IMG/VR virus record: IMGVR_UViG_2576861110_000002
Location: 1-64,000 of that record
DNA length: 64,000 nt
Strand: one strand, 5' to 3'
Source: an uncultured virus (IMG/VR IMGVR_UViG_2576861110_000002)
Taxonomy: Duplodnaviria; Heunggongvirae; Uroviricota; Caudoviricetes
The notes under the pieces are model-generated. The model saw nothing but the letters and a program-made list of their open reading frames with translations, ran no database searches and was not told the origin of the DNA. The position numbers and the translations under genes are program-made. Below are positions 1 through 9,183 of this stretch, one piece after another (the first letter of the stretch is position 1; the number at the start of each line of letters is the position of its first letter).

Positions 1-1263
1 ATGAAACTCAACAAATCTACTGTTGATGCTATTCCATTAACTGAAAAAGGTCAAAAAATATATAGAGATGCAGAACTGATCGGTTTTGCTGTTCGGGTAA
101 CTAATAAAAGTAAAACCTATATTGTTGAAAGGAGGCATGAAGGTGAACTCTATCGAGTGACAATTGGTAAAACTACCGATATTCCTGCAACAAATGCTCG
201 AGCAAAAGCTCAGATGATCCTGGCGAAAATTTCAAACAATGAATATGAAAAGCCTATCAAATTAAAGAATGTTGCTAATCCTTTAGATATTACAGTGAAT
301 GAAGCTCTTCAAATTTATATTGATAGAAATGACTTTAGACCAAAAACAATTAGGCAGTACCGTAAGTACTTTGATTTATATTTGGGGTGGGGCAACAAAA
401 AGCTTTTCCAGATATCTAAGCAAGAAGTACTGGATCGATTTATTGAGGTATCAGAAGTAAGTGAGTCGTCAGCAAATGGTGCTGTATCTCTTTTAGGTAC
501 CTTATGGAAGTATATTCATGTTCTTTATTCAACAGATGAGAACCCGATTCTTAAAAGTAATCCAGTTGACATTATTTCCGTAACCAGAGGTTGGAATAAA
601 ATAGCAAGTAGGGATAGACATCTCCATAAAGACATCATTCACAAATATTACAATGCGGTGCTTCATTATGAAGATGAGTTGAATCTGGAAAATACTGCTA
701 GGTCAAACACGCATCGGGATATCGTATTGATGTGCATGTATACGGGATGCCGTAAACAGGAGGCATGTTGCTTAAAGTGGGCTGATGTAGATATTAAAAA
801 TGGTACTTTAACTTTTAGAGATACCAAAAATGGTTCAGATCATACTTTTCCTATTGGTGATCATCTACACAGTATTTTGCGTGAACGTTGGTTATTAAGA
901 GAAAACGATTGGGTTTTCCCAGCTACTAAGATGCCTACTTCGTGGAATATGCATGCGACTAAGGTAGATACATTATTGAATAGAGTGGGTAAAGAAGTTG
1001 ACTATTACGTTTCAATGCATGATTTCCGCCGTACATTTGCCACTATATGCAACCTTTTAAGATTTAATATTTATGTGACAAAAAGACTTCTTAATCACAC
1101 GGCTAAACCAAGAATTGATGTGACAGGTGGATATGTTCAAATTCCAGATGAGGAATTAAGAGCTTCAATGAACATGATTGAAGCGGTGTATCAAGGTAAG
1201 ATTGATTGCTTTAATTATCAATCTGTATGGGCAGAAAGATTAAAAGAAATAAAGGCGGTCTAA
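1..1263 (+). CDS. int: Tyrosine recombinase/integrase with N-terminal arm-binding domain
   Basis: Catalytic motifs YTGCRKQE, DTKNG, HDFRR, LLNH and GGYV; N-terminal RDAELIGFAVRVT...VTIGK arm-binding pattern. Confidence 0.95.
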   Translation: MKLNKSTVDAIPLTEKGQKIYRDAELIGFAVRVTNKSKTYIVERRHEGELYRVTIGKTTDIPATNARAKAQMILAKISNNEYEKPIKLKNVANPLDITVNEALQIYIDRNDFRPKTIRQYRKYFDLYLGWGNKKLFQISKQEVLDRFIEVSEVSESSANGAVSLLGTLWKYIHVLYSTDENPILKSNPVDIISVTRGWNKIASRDRHLHKDIIHKYYNAVLHYEDELNLENTARSNTHRDIVLMCMYTGCRKQEACCLKWADVDIKNGTLTFRDTKNGSDHTFPIGDHLHSILRERWLLRENDWVFPATKMPTSWNMHATKVDTLLNRVGKEVDYYVSMHDFRRTFATICNLLRFNIYVTKRLLNHTAKPRIDVTGGYVQIPDEELRASMNMIEAVYQGKIDCFNYQSVWAERLKEIKAV

Positions 1264-1272
1264 ACCGCCTTT
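1252..1272. terminator. Probable bidirectional intrinsic terminator between the integrase and the convergent cassette
   Basis: AAGGCGGT-CTAA-ACCGCCTT inverted repeat flanked by A and T runs. Confidence 0.7.
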
Positions 1273-1274
1273 AA

Positions 1275-2357
1275 TCAAATAACTAATTTAAGTTTAGAAG
1301 GATTTTGTGGCTGTAAATCTAATTGCGTAATTTTATTTAATAGATCTAGAGATATATTTAATTCATTAGCTATATCAATTGCTGAAATTCCTTTTTTACT
1401 TAAAGCTTTGAAACATGTATTTAGTAAAGTTGGAACTTCTTTAGGTATTTCATGATCTTCTGATTCTAAAATAGCCTCACCAGTACGCTTCAAATGAATA
1501 AAGCCACTACGATAACTTGTTTCATTTAAAAGATCTAAAGATTTAGCTCTATAGAGCAAAGCTGCCTTACTTATTTTCCAATTTGTTTTCATCTCACTTA
1601 ATTTATTCCAATTAAATCTACCATTAAAGCAATTACGGAAATGAGAAATCATCATTTCTTGTGGAATAAGTAAAGCACTAGCAAAACGATGCGCTTGCGA
1701 CTCAGTGAGAGTGTCACCTGTAACACAACCATCATGTAGTACAAGATGTCCTAATTCATGAGCTAAATTAAAACGCTGGCGACAAGTACTACTAATTTCG
1801 TTATTAACAAAGATTGGTCTTTTAGATGCAATAGATAGAGCATCGACTTCGCTTGAAACACTTGGAAAAGTAGTTACAAAAATTCCAAGCATTTCAGTTA
1901 ATTGAGTCATATCGCTAATAGGTCCCAACCCTAAATTAAAATATTTTCTAAATTGAAGCGCAGCATTTTCAATATCTTGAAAATTCTTTACAGATTCAAC
2001 AGAAGGTATTGAATACTTAGGGAGCCTTAAATTTGCCTCTATAAATTCTACTAACCTTTTTAAATATTCACCCTGAGCGATCACTGATTGCTTTGTAAAA
2101 ATTTTGGCAGTTTTGTTGCTTCGAAAATTGATTTGTTCTTCTTGTAAAATCGGATGAGAACTGTAAAAAATATCCGTTTTTACATTGAAGAAGTTGCTAA
2201 GTACATCAATTAAATCAGGTGTAGGAACAACTTGGTTCATTTCAATTTTATGCAAGAATTGGCGTGACTTACCAACATGAATTGATAAGTCCTCTAAAGA
2301 CAAATGATTAAATTGACGTAAGAGCCGCAATTCTAGACCATTAAAATAAGTATTCAT
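1275..2357 (-). CDS. XRE-HTH + ImmA/IrrE (M78) Zn-metallopeptidase; RmrA-like antitoxin candidate
   Basis: N-terminal HTH (LRLLRQFNHLSLEDLS...KIE) and RQRFNLAHELGH...ESQAHRFASALL HExxH motif. Confidence 0.88.
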   Translation of the reverse strand: MNTYFNGLELRLLRQFNHLSLEDLSIHVGKSRQFLHKIEMNQVVPTPDLIDVLSNFFNVKTDIFYSSHPILQEEQINFRSNKTAKIFTKQSVIAQGEYLKRLVEFIEANLRLPKYSIPSVESVKNFQDIENAALQFRKYFNLGLGPISDMTQLTEMLGIFVTTFPSVSSEVDALSIASKRPIFVNNEISSTCRQRFNLAHELGHLVLHDGCVTGDTLTESQAHRFASALLIPQEMMISHFRNCFNGRFNWNKLSEMKTNWKISKAALLYRAKSLDLLNETSYRSGFIHLKRTGEAILESEDHEIPKEVPTLLNTCFKALSKKGISAIDIANELNISLDLLNKITQLDLQPQNPSKLKLVI

Positions 2358-2393
2358 TTTCTCATCAACTTTTGCCTATTTGCTGTTGAAGAT

Positions 2394-3005
2394 TTACTTG
2401 ATTCCGCTTGCATCATCTAAATCATCATCAGCTAATAGATCATCAATATTATAGCGTTTCAATTCTGCTGGTTCTGGCAATATAGCCGCTGGATCAAAAA
2501 TAAATCTAGAAGTCTTATTAGATGTCCAAGCTGTAATCGGCTGTAATTTCTGGTTAAAACCAACAAAAGCGATAAATGTTTCTTCGTCATCAGTTTTAGC
2601 TGGAACCAAAATGAATCGCCAAAAAACAGGAACTTTTGAATCAGATTCAAATAATTCTAGATTGTAACTTTGCTTAAAAAAGTTTGGTCTTTTCGGTTTT
2701 AAATGATCAGATTCTTTAAAAAAACGGATACCAGGTGTGTTTCCAATTTTAAAGGTGAATTTATTTGAAGAATCTTCTAAATATGTTGGAGATGGGGCAT
2801 TGCCACTACGAATTTCACGAGCAAACCTATTACGGCATCTTCCAAAAATTGCACAACTGATAGTGTAATTATCATCATCTTTTCTACTAAGATCTTGAGT
2901 AGTTTGTGAAAAAACTTCTAGCATATGGTTAGCAAAAAAGCTTAATGTTTCATCATTCAGTGATGCATCATAATAGCTTGGAGGGGGATTCTTCGATAAA
3001 TCCAT
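2394..3005 (-). CDS. Uncharacterised partner of the HTH-peptidase; candidate RmrT-like toxin
   Basis: 203-aa ORF co-oriented 36 bp upstream of the peptidase, with its own promoter; the toxin role is inferred from architecture. Confidence 0.5.
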   Translation of the reverse strand: MDLSKNPPPSYYDASLNDETLSFFANHMLEVFSQTTQDLSRKDDDNYTISCAIFGRCRNRFAREIRSGNAPSPTYLEDSSNKFTFKIGNTPGIRFFKESDHLKPKRPNFFKQSYNLELFESDSKVPVFWRFILVPAKTDDEETFIAFVGFNQKLQPITAWTSNKTSRFIFDPAAILPEPAELKRYNIDDLLADDDLDDASGIK

Positions 3006-3036
3006 AATTAAGTCCTAAAGAGATTTGGGCAATCAA

Positions 3037-3097
3037 AATTTATTGCAAATTTTGAAAAGTGTCAACTAAAACTTTTTGCAATTTTAATTATTTGTCA
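3037..3097 (-). promoter_or_regulatory. Sigma70 promoter of the two-gene cassette overlapped by two direct-repeat operators
   Basis: Minus strand TTGACA(3065-3060)-17-TAAATT(3042-3037); plus-strand TTGCAA-N11-TGTCA at 3043-3064 and 3076-3097. Confidence 0.7.
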
Positions 3098-3142
3098 CCC
3101 AATATTTATCATGGAAACTACAATTATTTCTTAACTGAATCC

Positions 3143-3412
3143 TTATACAGTTGCAAGTTGCGCTGTATTAAGCACAGTCCTGCTTTGCTCATACTTTAAA
3201 ACGTCTTTCTTTTTATATGAAACACGTCTTCCAATTTTCGAAAAAGGCAGTGATGATTGATCACAACGCATTCTGGCTAATGTCCATGGTGAGCAATCTA
3301 AATAAAGCGCCACAACTTCTTGAGGGAACTTCTGTTCTTCATTAGCCATTATGAAGCGATCCAAATATTCTTGTTGCTCTGCATCAGATAGATTTCTCAG
3401 ATCTTTTAACAT
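3143..3412 (-). CDS. Excisionase-like winged-HTH DNA-binding protein
   Basis: EVVALYLDCSPWTLARMR...LPFSKIGRRVSY pattern (HTH_17/MerR-type Xis); last gene of the leftward early operon, near int. Confidence 0.75.
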   Translation of the reverse strand: MLKDLRNLSDAEQQEYLDRFIMANEEQKFPQEVVALYLDCSPWTLARMRCDQSSLPFSKIGRRVSYKKKDVLKYEQSRTVLNTAQLATV

Positions 3413-3757
3413 TTACCCCTCCTTACTTTCCGCTTTAACTTCTTTTGCAAACAACGCTTCAGCACCATCTTCCGTAAACCCAATATCTATTAAGAAAAAG
3501 CCGTGCGGTGCGATTGGATTCCATTTAGATAGGTCTGAGGAGTCCATAATCTCCAAAAATAGATCATCAGAAACACTCCCTTCTAAATAAAGTCGAACGG
3601 TGACAATATTGAAATGCTGCTTAAGTTGATCCCATTCGCTTTGGCTCAACCATTCTTGGTCAGCATAATTGTCATCCAAATATTTCAGATATTCAGGATG
3701 CACCCAACAACCCATTTCATCCCGGATGATCTCAGTTGGTTTTAATTGATTAATCAA
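3413..3757 (-). CDS. Hypothetical phage early protein
   Basis: 114-aa ORF coupled to its neighbours; IIRDEMGCWVHP...GFFLIDIGFTEDG phage-type motif. Confidence 0.7.
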   Translation of the reverse strand: MINQLKPTEIIRDEMGCWVHPEYLKYLDDNYADQEWLSQSEWDQLKQHFNIVTVRLYLEGSVSDDLFLEIMDSSDLSKWNPIAPHGFFLIDIGFTEDGAEALFAKEVKAESKEG

Positions 3758-4125
3758 CCCTCAGCTCCCGATTCGCTTGCCACTTCAACCATTAAAGAAT
3801 AAATAGGCGTGTAATGATCACGAGTCCCATCGCCCCAATGGAATCCACTATTTTCTAAACAGCTAACAACGCTGTCTGGAATCTCTTTCGGTACCAAACA
3901 GTAACCCTCTGGCACCGCCTGAGCTTTGGCTTTATTACAAAAGCTCCATAATTGTCGAGCCTGTTCACGCATAAAGAAGACTTCACCATCTATAATTGAA
4001 TAGATGAAAAGATCCTTATTTTTGTACGTGTCAGCTAAATTAGGCACAAACCAAAGCTCCATAGCTTCTTTTTTAAAAGTTTCAATTTGAGCTTCTAGCT
4101 CTCTTCCCTTATTCAAATCTGTCAT
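3754..4125 (-). CDS. Hypothetical phage early protein
   Basis: Overlapping start/stop with neighbours; AVPEGYCLVPKE motif common in phage early genes. Confidence 0.7.
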   Translation of the reverse strand: MTDLNKGRELEAQIETFKKEAMELWFVPNLADTYKNKDLFIYSIIDGEVFFMREQARQLWSFCNKAKAQAVPEGYCLVPKEIPDSVVSCLENSGFHWGDGTRDHYTPIYSLMVEVASESGAEG

Positions 4126-4487
4126 GCTGCCACCTTTTGATAACTGAATTTCATTGAATTAGAAATGCCACGCATTCGAAGCTGGTTAATAAAACGTTTA
4201 TCCTTATTCATCCAAACCCGGCAAAATGAAGTAAATCTTTTTTGACAGACTTCATTCATTTCGAAACCTTTTTTTGTTTTTATTAAAGAAATCTTTGCCA
4301 CTTCTTTGCCACGCTTCATAACGATGTATCCTTTTTTATAAGAAGGATAGAAACCACTTTCGGACATCCAAACAGTGAATGGGTATGACATTGAGTCAGG
4401 GATGTACTTCATCATGTTAGAATCTCCAAATGGAATCTTTAAGTTTCGCTTTGAAGAGCAAAGCTTCAGTTTCATTAAGTGATACAT
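4122..4487 (-). CDS. Hypothetical phage protein (true start may be internal, near 4415)
   Basis: Stop overlaps the next gene's start (ATGA); SD-like GGAG upstream of internal MM. Confidence 0.55.
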   Translation of the reverse strand: MYHLMKLKLCSSKRNLKIPFGDSNMMKYIPDSMSYPFTVWMSESGFYPSYKKGYIVMKRGKEVAKISLIKTKKGFEMNEVCQKRFTSFCRVWMNKDKRFINQLRMRGISNSMKFSYQKVAA

Positions 4488-4553
4488 TTAAGAAAACTTG
4501 GGTTCGTTTACCTATCACAGTAAAAGTTCTAGTTTTGCTGTTATAAATTTGAA

Positions 4554-5582
4554 TCATTGAGGCGACTCCAATAAAAAGTTACCTTCAACCTCAAGTTCTT
4601 TTCTTCTTTTTATAACCAGCTCCATTAGACGTTCTTGTATACGTTCATCAGCTTCAGAAATATCAATTTCAAGGGCATCTAATGTAGTCAGGTCCTTTGC
4701 TTGTCTGATCTTTTCCCCAATAGAAATATTTTCTTTTGATTGACCAGCAATAATGACTAAGTGTTTATTTAACTCAGTTAAAAAAGATTTTTGATGTTCA
4801 GAAGCCCAGTCTTTCGTTTCCTCAATAAGACTATTAGCTGCATCTGCAGTTTTAGTTTTCTTTAGCTTTTCAATATGGCCAGCTAACGGAGACTCAACAG
4901 GTTTGTCATTATGGTAACGAGTCCAATTTTCCTCTTTGTTATTGGCCTTATTCGCAGTTTTTTTTGCTTGAGTTGAGATAGTTTCTTTATCTGCTTTAGG
5001 TTCAATTGGTCCCAAAACGTTTAGGATGTTGTCGTCATCTATATTTGTCAAACCTACTTCACCACTAATAATTGCGTTAAGTAAATTCTTAAACTCCTCA
5101 CACCAATAAAGTGATTTAACAAATACCCGCAATTCACCGAAATCATGCGATTCTCGTTTAATAAATGCATCTGCAGCTGAACGAGTTAGATGGCAATTAA
5201 CATCTTCCCAAAAATATTTACCATGGCAAATATGAATATTGCGTTCATTCCAATCAGATAAAATGTTTATTTGAGTAGAAGCTTTTACATCGAGGAAAAG
5301 TTCATCTTCCTCTTCAATTGCTAAACCATTTAAAGCATGCTTATCTGTAGCTTTAAGAGATTCAAAAAAATCATCAATTGATTTATATGTTGATTCATCA
5401 TCGGCATCTACAATATTAGTGATTTCTACAGAATCACTAGCCGGATCTAAACCCCAAACAATCTTTTTTTCTTGAACAACAAAAATTGGTGAATCAGTAC
5501 CAGCGTTATCTTTTTCCCAAGAATTTTTGAGTTGTTGGGTAAACTCCGCCCATGTTTCAGGCGTAAATAGAGTAGGTTTCAT
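4554..5582 (-). CDS. Hypothetical phage early protein
   Basis: 342-aa ORF in the leftward operon; NAGTDSPIFVVQEK motif reminiscent of Ead/Ea22-associated domains. Confidence 0.7.
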   Translation of the reverse strand: MKPTLFTPETWAEFTQQLKNSWEKDNAGTDSPIFVVQEKKIVWGLDPASDSVEITNIVDADDESTYKSIDDFFESLKATDKHALNGLAIEEEDELFLDVKASTQINILSDWNERNIHICHGKYFWEDVNCHLTRSAADAFIKRESHDFGELRVFVKSLYWCEEFKNLLNAIISGEVGLTNIDDDNILNVLGPIEPKADKETISTQAKKTANKANNKEENWTRYHNDKPVESPLAGHIEKLKKTKTADAANSLIEETKDWASEHQKSFLTELNKHLVIIAGQSKENISIGEKIRQAKDLTTLDALEIDISEADERIQERLMELVIKRRKELEVEGNFLLESPQ

Positions 5583-5594
5583 AGTTGCTAACCT

Positions 5595-6275
5595 TTAAAT
5601 ATTTTGAAGCGCTTTACGCAAATGTGGGTCAAGGTCATCTTTATTCAGGAGCCATGAGATATATGGGCGCGGTAATTCTTTAAGAGGCGTTCCTTTGTGT
5701 TTACCCCATGTCATTATTTTGGGTAAACGTACAGCTTCAGACATGAGAAATAAGGAGTTCAAATCTTTAATTCCCAGTCGTTCAATTAGAGCTATTAGGA
5801 TAATCCCAGTAAAATAAACATCCGCCCGTGCTGAATGTGCATGTCTTAAATGCTTACGTGCTTCTTCACGGTTACTCATTACGAAATAGTACAGAACAGC
5901 CAATTTATGACTTGTTAAATCAGGCCATACGTCCCTTGCTAAAGCTAAAGTACAAATAGTCTTTGCCTTAATTGCTGGTCCACATTTATTTAGAGCTTTG
6001 ATGTCGTAATCAATATTGTGACCGACAATGAATTCAACCCCTTCAGGTAACCGGAACGATTCGCAACTTGGTTGACCTTCAATATCCGCTTCAATGATGT
6101 TGTGTACAGCCATTGCTTCTAAATCAATCGGTTCAGGACAAGAATAGAAACGGTTAAAAACTTCATCTTTATGAACTAACAATTGACCATTCTCTAAGCT
6201 AAAAGGCGCATAAGCGATTTCAATTGGATAACCATTTAATTTGTTGGTTTCCGTATCTAAAATAATTGCTTTCAT
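5595..6275 (-). CDS. exoX: DEDDh 3'-5' exonuclease, exonuclease X-like
   Basis: LDTET, VGHNIDYD, AHSARADV; C-terminal MTWGKHKG...YISWL. Confidence 0.85.
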   Translation of the reverse strand: MKAIILDTETNKLNGYPIEIAYAPFSLENGQLLVHKDEVFNRFYSCPEPIDLEAMAVHNIIEADIEGQPSCESFRLPEGVEFIVGHNIDYDIKALNKCGPAIKAKTICTLALARDVWPDLTSHKLAVLYYFVMSNREEARKHLRHAHSARADVYFTGIILIALIERLGIKDLNSLFLMSEAVRLPKIMTWGKHKGTPLKELPRPYISWLLNKDDLDPHLRKALQNI

Positions 6276-6289
6276 TGATCATGCACCAT

Positions 6290-6433
6290 TTAACTGTTAG
6301 GCCAACAAAAGCCGCAGTTGTGACATTCCCATTGAGCACCAGAGCCAGAATGACTAACACCTAAAGTGCATTTGTCATTAGTACATCTTGGACAAGTACC
6401 ATAAATCACACGAAAAGATTTAATAACTAACAT
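6290..6433 (-). CDS. Small Zn-ribbon protein, 47 aa (absent from the ORF track)
   Basis: MLVIKIFRVIYGTCPRCTNDKCTLGVSHSGSGAQWECHNCGFCWPNS; two CxxC pairs; fills the operon gap. Confidence 0.7.
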   Translation of the reverse strand: MLVIKSFRVIYGTCPRCTNDKCTLGVSHSGSGAQWECHNCGFCWPNS

Positions 6434-6445
6434 AAATATCCCCAA

Positions 6446-6817
6446 CTAGCGCGTACCAAGAAAACCACGACTAATTTTGTAAGCTTTTCGGTCAGGGGAA
6501 GGTATGTGCGTTTTTTGAAGAATTTGACCTAATTCACGTCCTCTACGATATTTAATTTCGGTTTCTAGATTTCGTAAAATCCACTCTTTTGTATTTAACG
6601 TATATTGTGAAACAGGAGTTAATTCATTGTTTTCATTAACCGTATAAACACGAGTTAAAGTGTGATTTGCAGCATAAACTGTATAGCCAAGACGGACTTT
6701 GTATAAACCATGTTCTTCATCCTTCCCTACGAATTCACGGAAAGTTGATTTATGGTTTACTTGACCATTCAGATTATTTTCGTAACGTTTAGATCCTCGT
6801 AAATAGTTTGTTCTCAT
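6446..6817 (-). CDS. Hypothetical phage protein
   Basis: 123-aa ORF with ATGA coupling. Confidence 0.65.
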   Translation of the reverse strand: MRTNYLRGSKRYENNLNGQVNHKSTFREFVGKDEEHGLYKVRLGYTVYAANHTLTRVYTVNENNELTPVSQYTLNTKEWILRNLETEIKYRRGRELGQILQKTHIPSPDRKAYKISRGFLGTR

Positions 6818-7143
6818 TGTGCACCACCTAATTTAACTACATGTACTTGAACATCAACAGGTTCGCCTGAGTTAAATTGTTGTTGCCAATGTTGCGTCTT
6901 CTGCTCACGCACTTGAGCCTCTGCATCACACGCATAAAGGAAAGCAATAGCTAATACACTAAATATAAGGAAGCATAAAACATACGGCCATTTACTATCT
7001 TTTTTAAACTTTAGATCCTCTGCTGATGGATGCTGATAAAGTCTAGAAGTAGCTGGTTTATTTGTTTTATTCCCGCTAAGTTCTGGTACAAAACAAATAG
7101 GGGTAGATGGGGCAGATTGACTGCCTATATATTTCTGATTCAT
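6814..7143 (-). CDS. Hypothetical single-pass membrane protein
   Basis: Hydrophobic stretch WPYVLCFLIFSVLAIAFLYAC. Confidence 0.65.
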   Translation of the reverse strand: MNQKYIGSQSAPSTPICFVPELSGNKTNKPATSRLYQHPSAEDLKFKKDSKWPYVLCFLIFSVLAIAFLYACDAEAQVREQKTQHWQQQFNSGEPVDVQVHVVKLGGAQ

Positions 7144-7223
7144 AATAATTTGCCTTAATACTTACAGTATTGGTAGGAAAAAGCCCCGATAGCCGACCAA
7201 AGTTTTCTGGGCTTTTTTCATTT

Positions 7224-7562
7224 CTAAGCTTTTACTTCAAAAAGTTGTTCTGTATGTTTCGCAAAAAGAGATACATCACCACCTGTATTTACATACATAG
7301 GTGTTTTATCTCTATGCTCTTCTACACATTTCCCTTTAGGAAGTGGAGCATTCGAAATTAATTTATGTTCTACAGTAATGTTGTTGTGACCAGCACCTTT
7401 AGATTTCGAGAACTTAAGTTGAACTGTTATTACTCCTACTTTTTGAGTTTCCATTGCTGCACTGGCAACTTTACTAACTGCATAACTAAGTTGTTCTGCA
7501 AAAGCTCCGCCATCTATGTCATTTATGAATTCTTCGCAATCAGTAGGACGTAAATTGGTCAT
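7224..7562 (-). CDS. Conserved phage protein, first gene of the leftward early operon
   Basis: 112-aa ORF directly downstream of the operator cluster. Confidence 0.7.
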   Translation of the reverse strand: MTNLRPTDCEEFINDIDGGAFAEQLSYAVSKVASAAMETQKVGVITVQLKFSKSKGAGHNNITVEHKLISNAPLPKGKCVEEHRDKTPMYVNTGGDVSLFAKHTEQLFEVKA

Positions 7563-7599
7563 CTTTTAATTCACCATTAGATGTGTTGGTGAAATTATT

Positions 7600-7648
7600 A
7601 TGCATAAGTGCATAACGTAATGCAATACTGCATTATGCAAATGTGCAT
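7600..7648. promoter_or_regulatory. OL-like operator cluster: three ATGC-N6-GCAT palindromes
   Basis: Sites at 7600-7613, 7620-7633 and 7635-7648. Confidence 0.8.
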
Positions 7649-7676
7649 TATTTTTTGCTTATGAAATTTTGGATAT

Positions 7677-7704
7677 AAAAAAACCGCTACTAGAGCGGTT
7701 TTTT
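7677..7704. terminator. Intrinsic terminator ending the cI operon
   Basis: AAAAAAACCGCT-ACTAG-AGCGGTTTTTT. Confidence 0.8.
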
Positions 7705-7756
7705 GAATTGGATGCTAAGCTATTAATTTAAAAAGTTAATTTACTAATTTAATAGA

Positions 7757-8041
7757 CTAAATCTTTAAATTTTCAACGGTTAGCTTAAGCATTCTTGCTA
7801 ATTCCATGTCAAAACCATGTAGAGCATTCTTAATAACGTTGCCAGCCATATCATGATTTTCAAAATGATCCATTGTAAATGCTTGTGTTACAAGGGGATG
7901 ATGCTCATTAGTGAGTTCTTTTATATTCATTAGAATAGATGCAGCCATATCTGGTGATGATCTTACTACCTCTTCGACAAATGTTGTAAGAAAAGCTTGT
8001 CTACCAATTAAGTCTGCCGTATTTTCCTTATTTTTTTTCAT
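7757..8041 (-). CDS. Hypothetical protein co-transcribed with cI
   Basis: Starts 3 bp after the cI stop and is followed by a terminator. Confidence 0.7.
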   Translation of the reverse strand: MKKNKENTADLIGRQAFLTTFVEEVVRSSPDMAASILMNIKELTNEHHPLVTQAFTMDHFENHDMAGNVIKNALHGFDMELARMLKLTVENLKI

Positions 8042-8044
8042 AAC

Positions 8045-8818
8045 TTAACGTCTCACCTTGCGACCTTCAGATTTCCACCAGTATTGACCAATGATTTGTA
8101 CATTTTCTGCTTCAATGCGAGCTGGTGAATAATATTCATCGGGATATTTAACTTTGTCTGTATTACGAGATACTGCCTTGAAGCCGCCTTTACCTTGTTC
8201 ATTCCATTCAAATAACATCTTGATTTTTAATTCATCACCTTTCAAAAAGGCATAAATTTCACCATCAAAGATTCTTTTAGCAGATGTATCAATTGAGATT
8301 CGTTGCCCTGGATATAAATCCGGGATCATGCTTTCACCATCTACAACTAGTACCTTCGCACAATCAGGTTTAACGTCATATCTTCTTATTTCATTAATTG
8401 GAAATAAGAACTTATGAGGGCTTTGATGTTCAATGTTCAAGTAACCACTTCCTGCACTAACCTTAATTTCACTATAGAAATCAATAGCTACATAACCATC
8501 AGGAACAGGGTCGCCATCTTCGTATAAATGGATCTCAGTATCATAAATTAAATTATTCTCAGGACCTGGATTATGTTCGTTTTGATTTCTTTCTAAGACA
8601 GATAAATCTTTATCAAATAAGTCATTAACAGTTACGCCTGCCCATTTAGCAATAGGTTCTAATGTAGAGCGTCTAGGATCTTTAGTAATTCCGTTCAAAA
8701 TGCGGAATACAGTCGATTGTTTAATCTCTGGGTGCTTTTGCTCAAGATCAGTAGGGTTTGTTTCATTCTTTGTGAGCAAATAATCAAGATTCGATTTCAG
8801 GTAATTCATAGATTTCAC
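8045..8818 (-). CDS. cI: CI-like repressor (XRE HTH + S24 peptidase)
   Basis: HTH IKQSTVFRILNG, cleavage site VSAGSG, VDGESMIP catalytic Ser, LKIK Lys; divergent from a Cro-like gene. Confidence 0.92.
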   Translation of the reverse strand: MKSMNYLKSNLDYLLTKNETNPTDLEQKHPEIKQSTVFRILNGITKDPRRSTLEPIAKWAGVTVNDLFDKDLSVLERNQNEHNPGPENNLIYDTEIHLYEDGDPVPDGYVAIDFYSEIKVSAGSGYLNIEHQSPHKFLFPINEIRRYDVKPDCAKVLVVDGESMIPDLYPGQRISIDTSAKRIFDGEIYAFLKGDELKIKMLFEWNEQGKGGFKAVSRNTDKVKYPDEYYSPARIEAENVQIIGQYWWKSEGRKVRR

Positions 8819-8841
8819 CGTTAACTCCGCGAACCTATTTT

Positions 8842-8918
8842 ATGCGTATTCGCATAATTTGTGGAAAATAACTCACAATTGCATTGACTGTAATGCAAAT
8901 ATGCATAATAATTTGCAT
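8842..8918. promoter_or_regulatory. OR-like operator region
   Basis: ATGC-N6-GCAT at 8842-8855 and 8893-8906 plus extra GCAT half-sites between cI and cro. Confidence 0.78.
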
Positions 8919-8944
8919 TACTAGGTCTGCATTAAGAGCTGAAC

Positions 8945-9148
8945 ATGACGCTTAAAGAAAAAATATTGTTTTTGACAGTCACTCGCGGTTACACCCAACA
9001 AGAAGTAAGTGATGAAACGGGGATTGAGCAAAGTTCTGTTTCAAGAATTTTAAAGAACACTCAAAAAAGTGTGGGTTATCAGAAAGGCATCGCTTTAGAT
9101 GCGTTCGTAAACCGTGAAAAAGAAAAAATGCAATCTCAAACAGCTTAA
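8945..9148 (+). CDS. Cro-like HTH regulator
   Basis: 67 aa, YTQQEVSDETGIEQSSVSRIL HTH; divergent from cI. Confidence 0.85.
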   Translation: MTLKEKILFLTVTRGYTQQEVSDETGIEQSSVSRILKNTQKSVGYQKGIALDAFVNREKEKMQSQTA

Positions 9149-9183
9149 GTGGTTTTACTTTTGAAATAAGTAATGAGGTATGT

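Noticed and set aside
1..1300. attL/attR or tRNA integration site
   Set aside because: The window starts at the integrase ATG; no flanking host DNA or core repeat is visible
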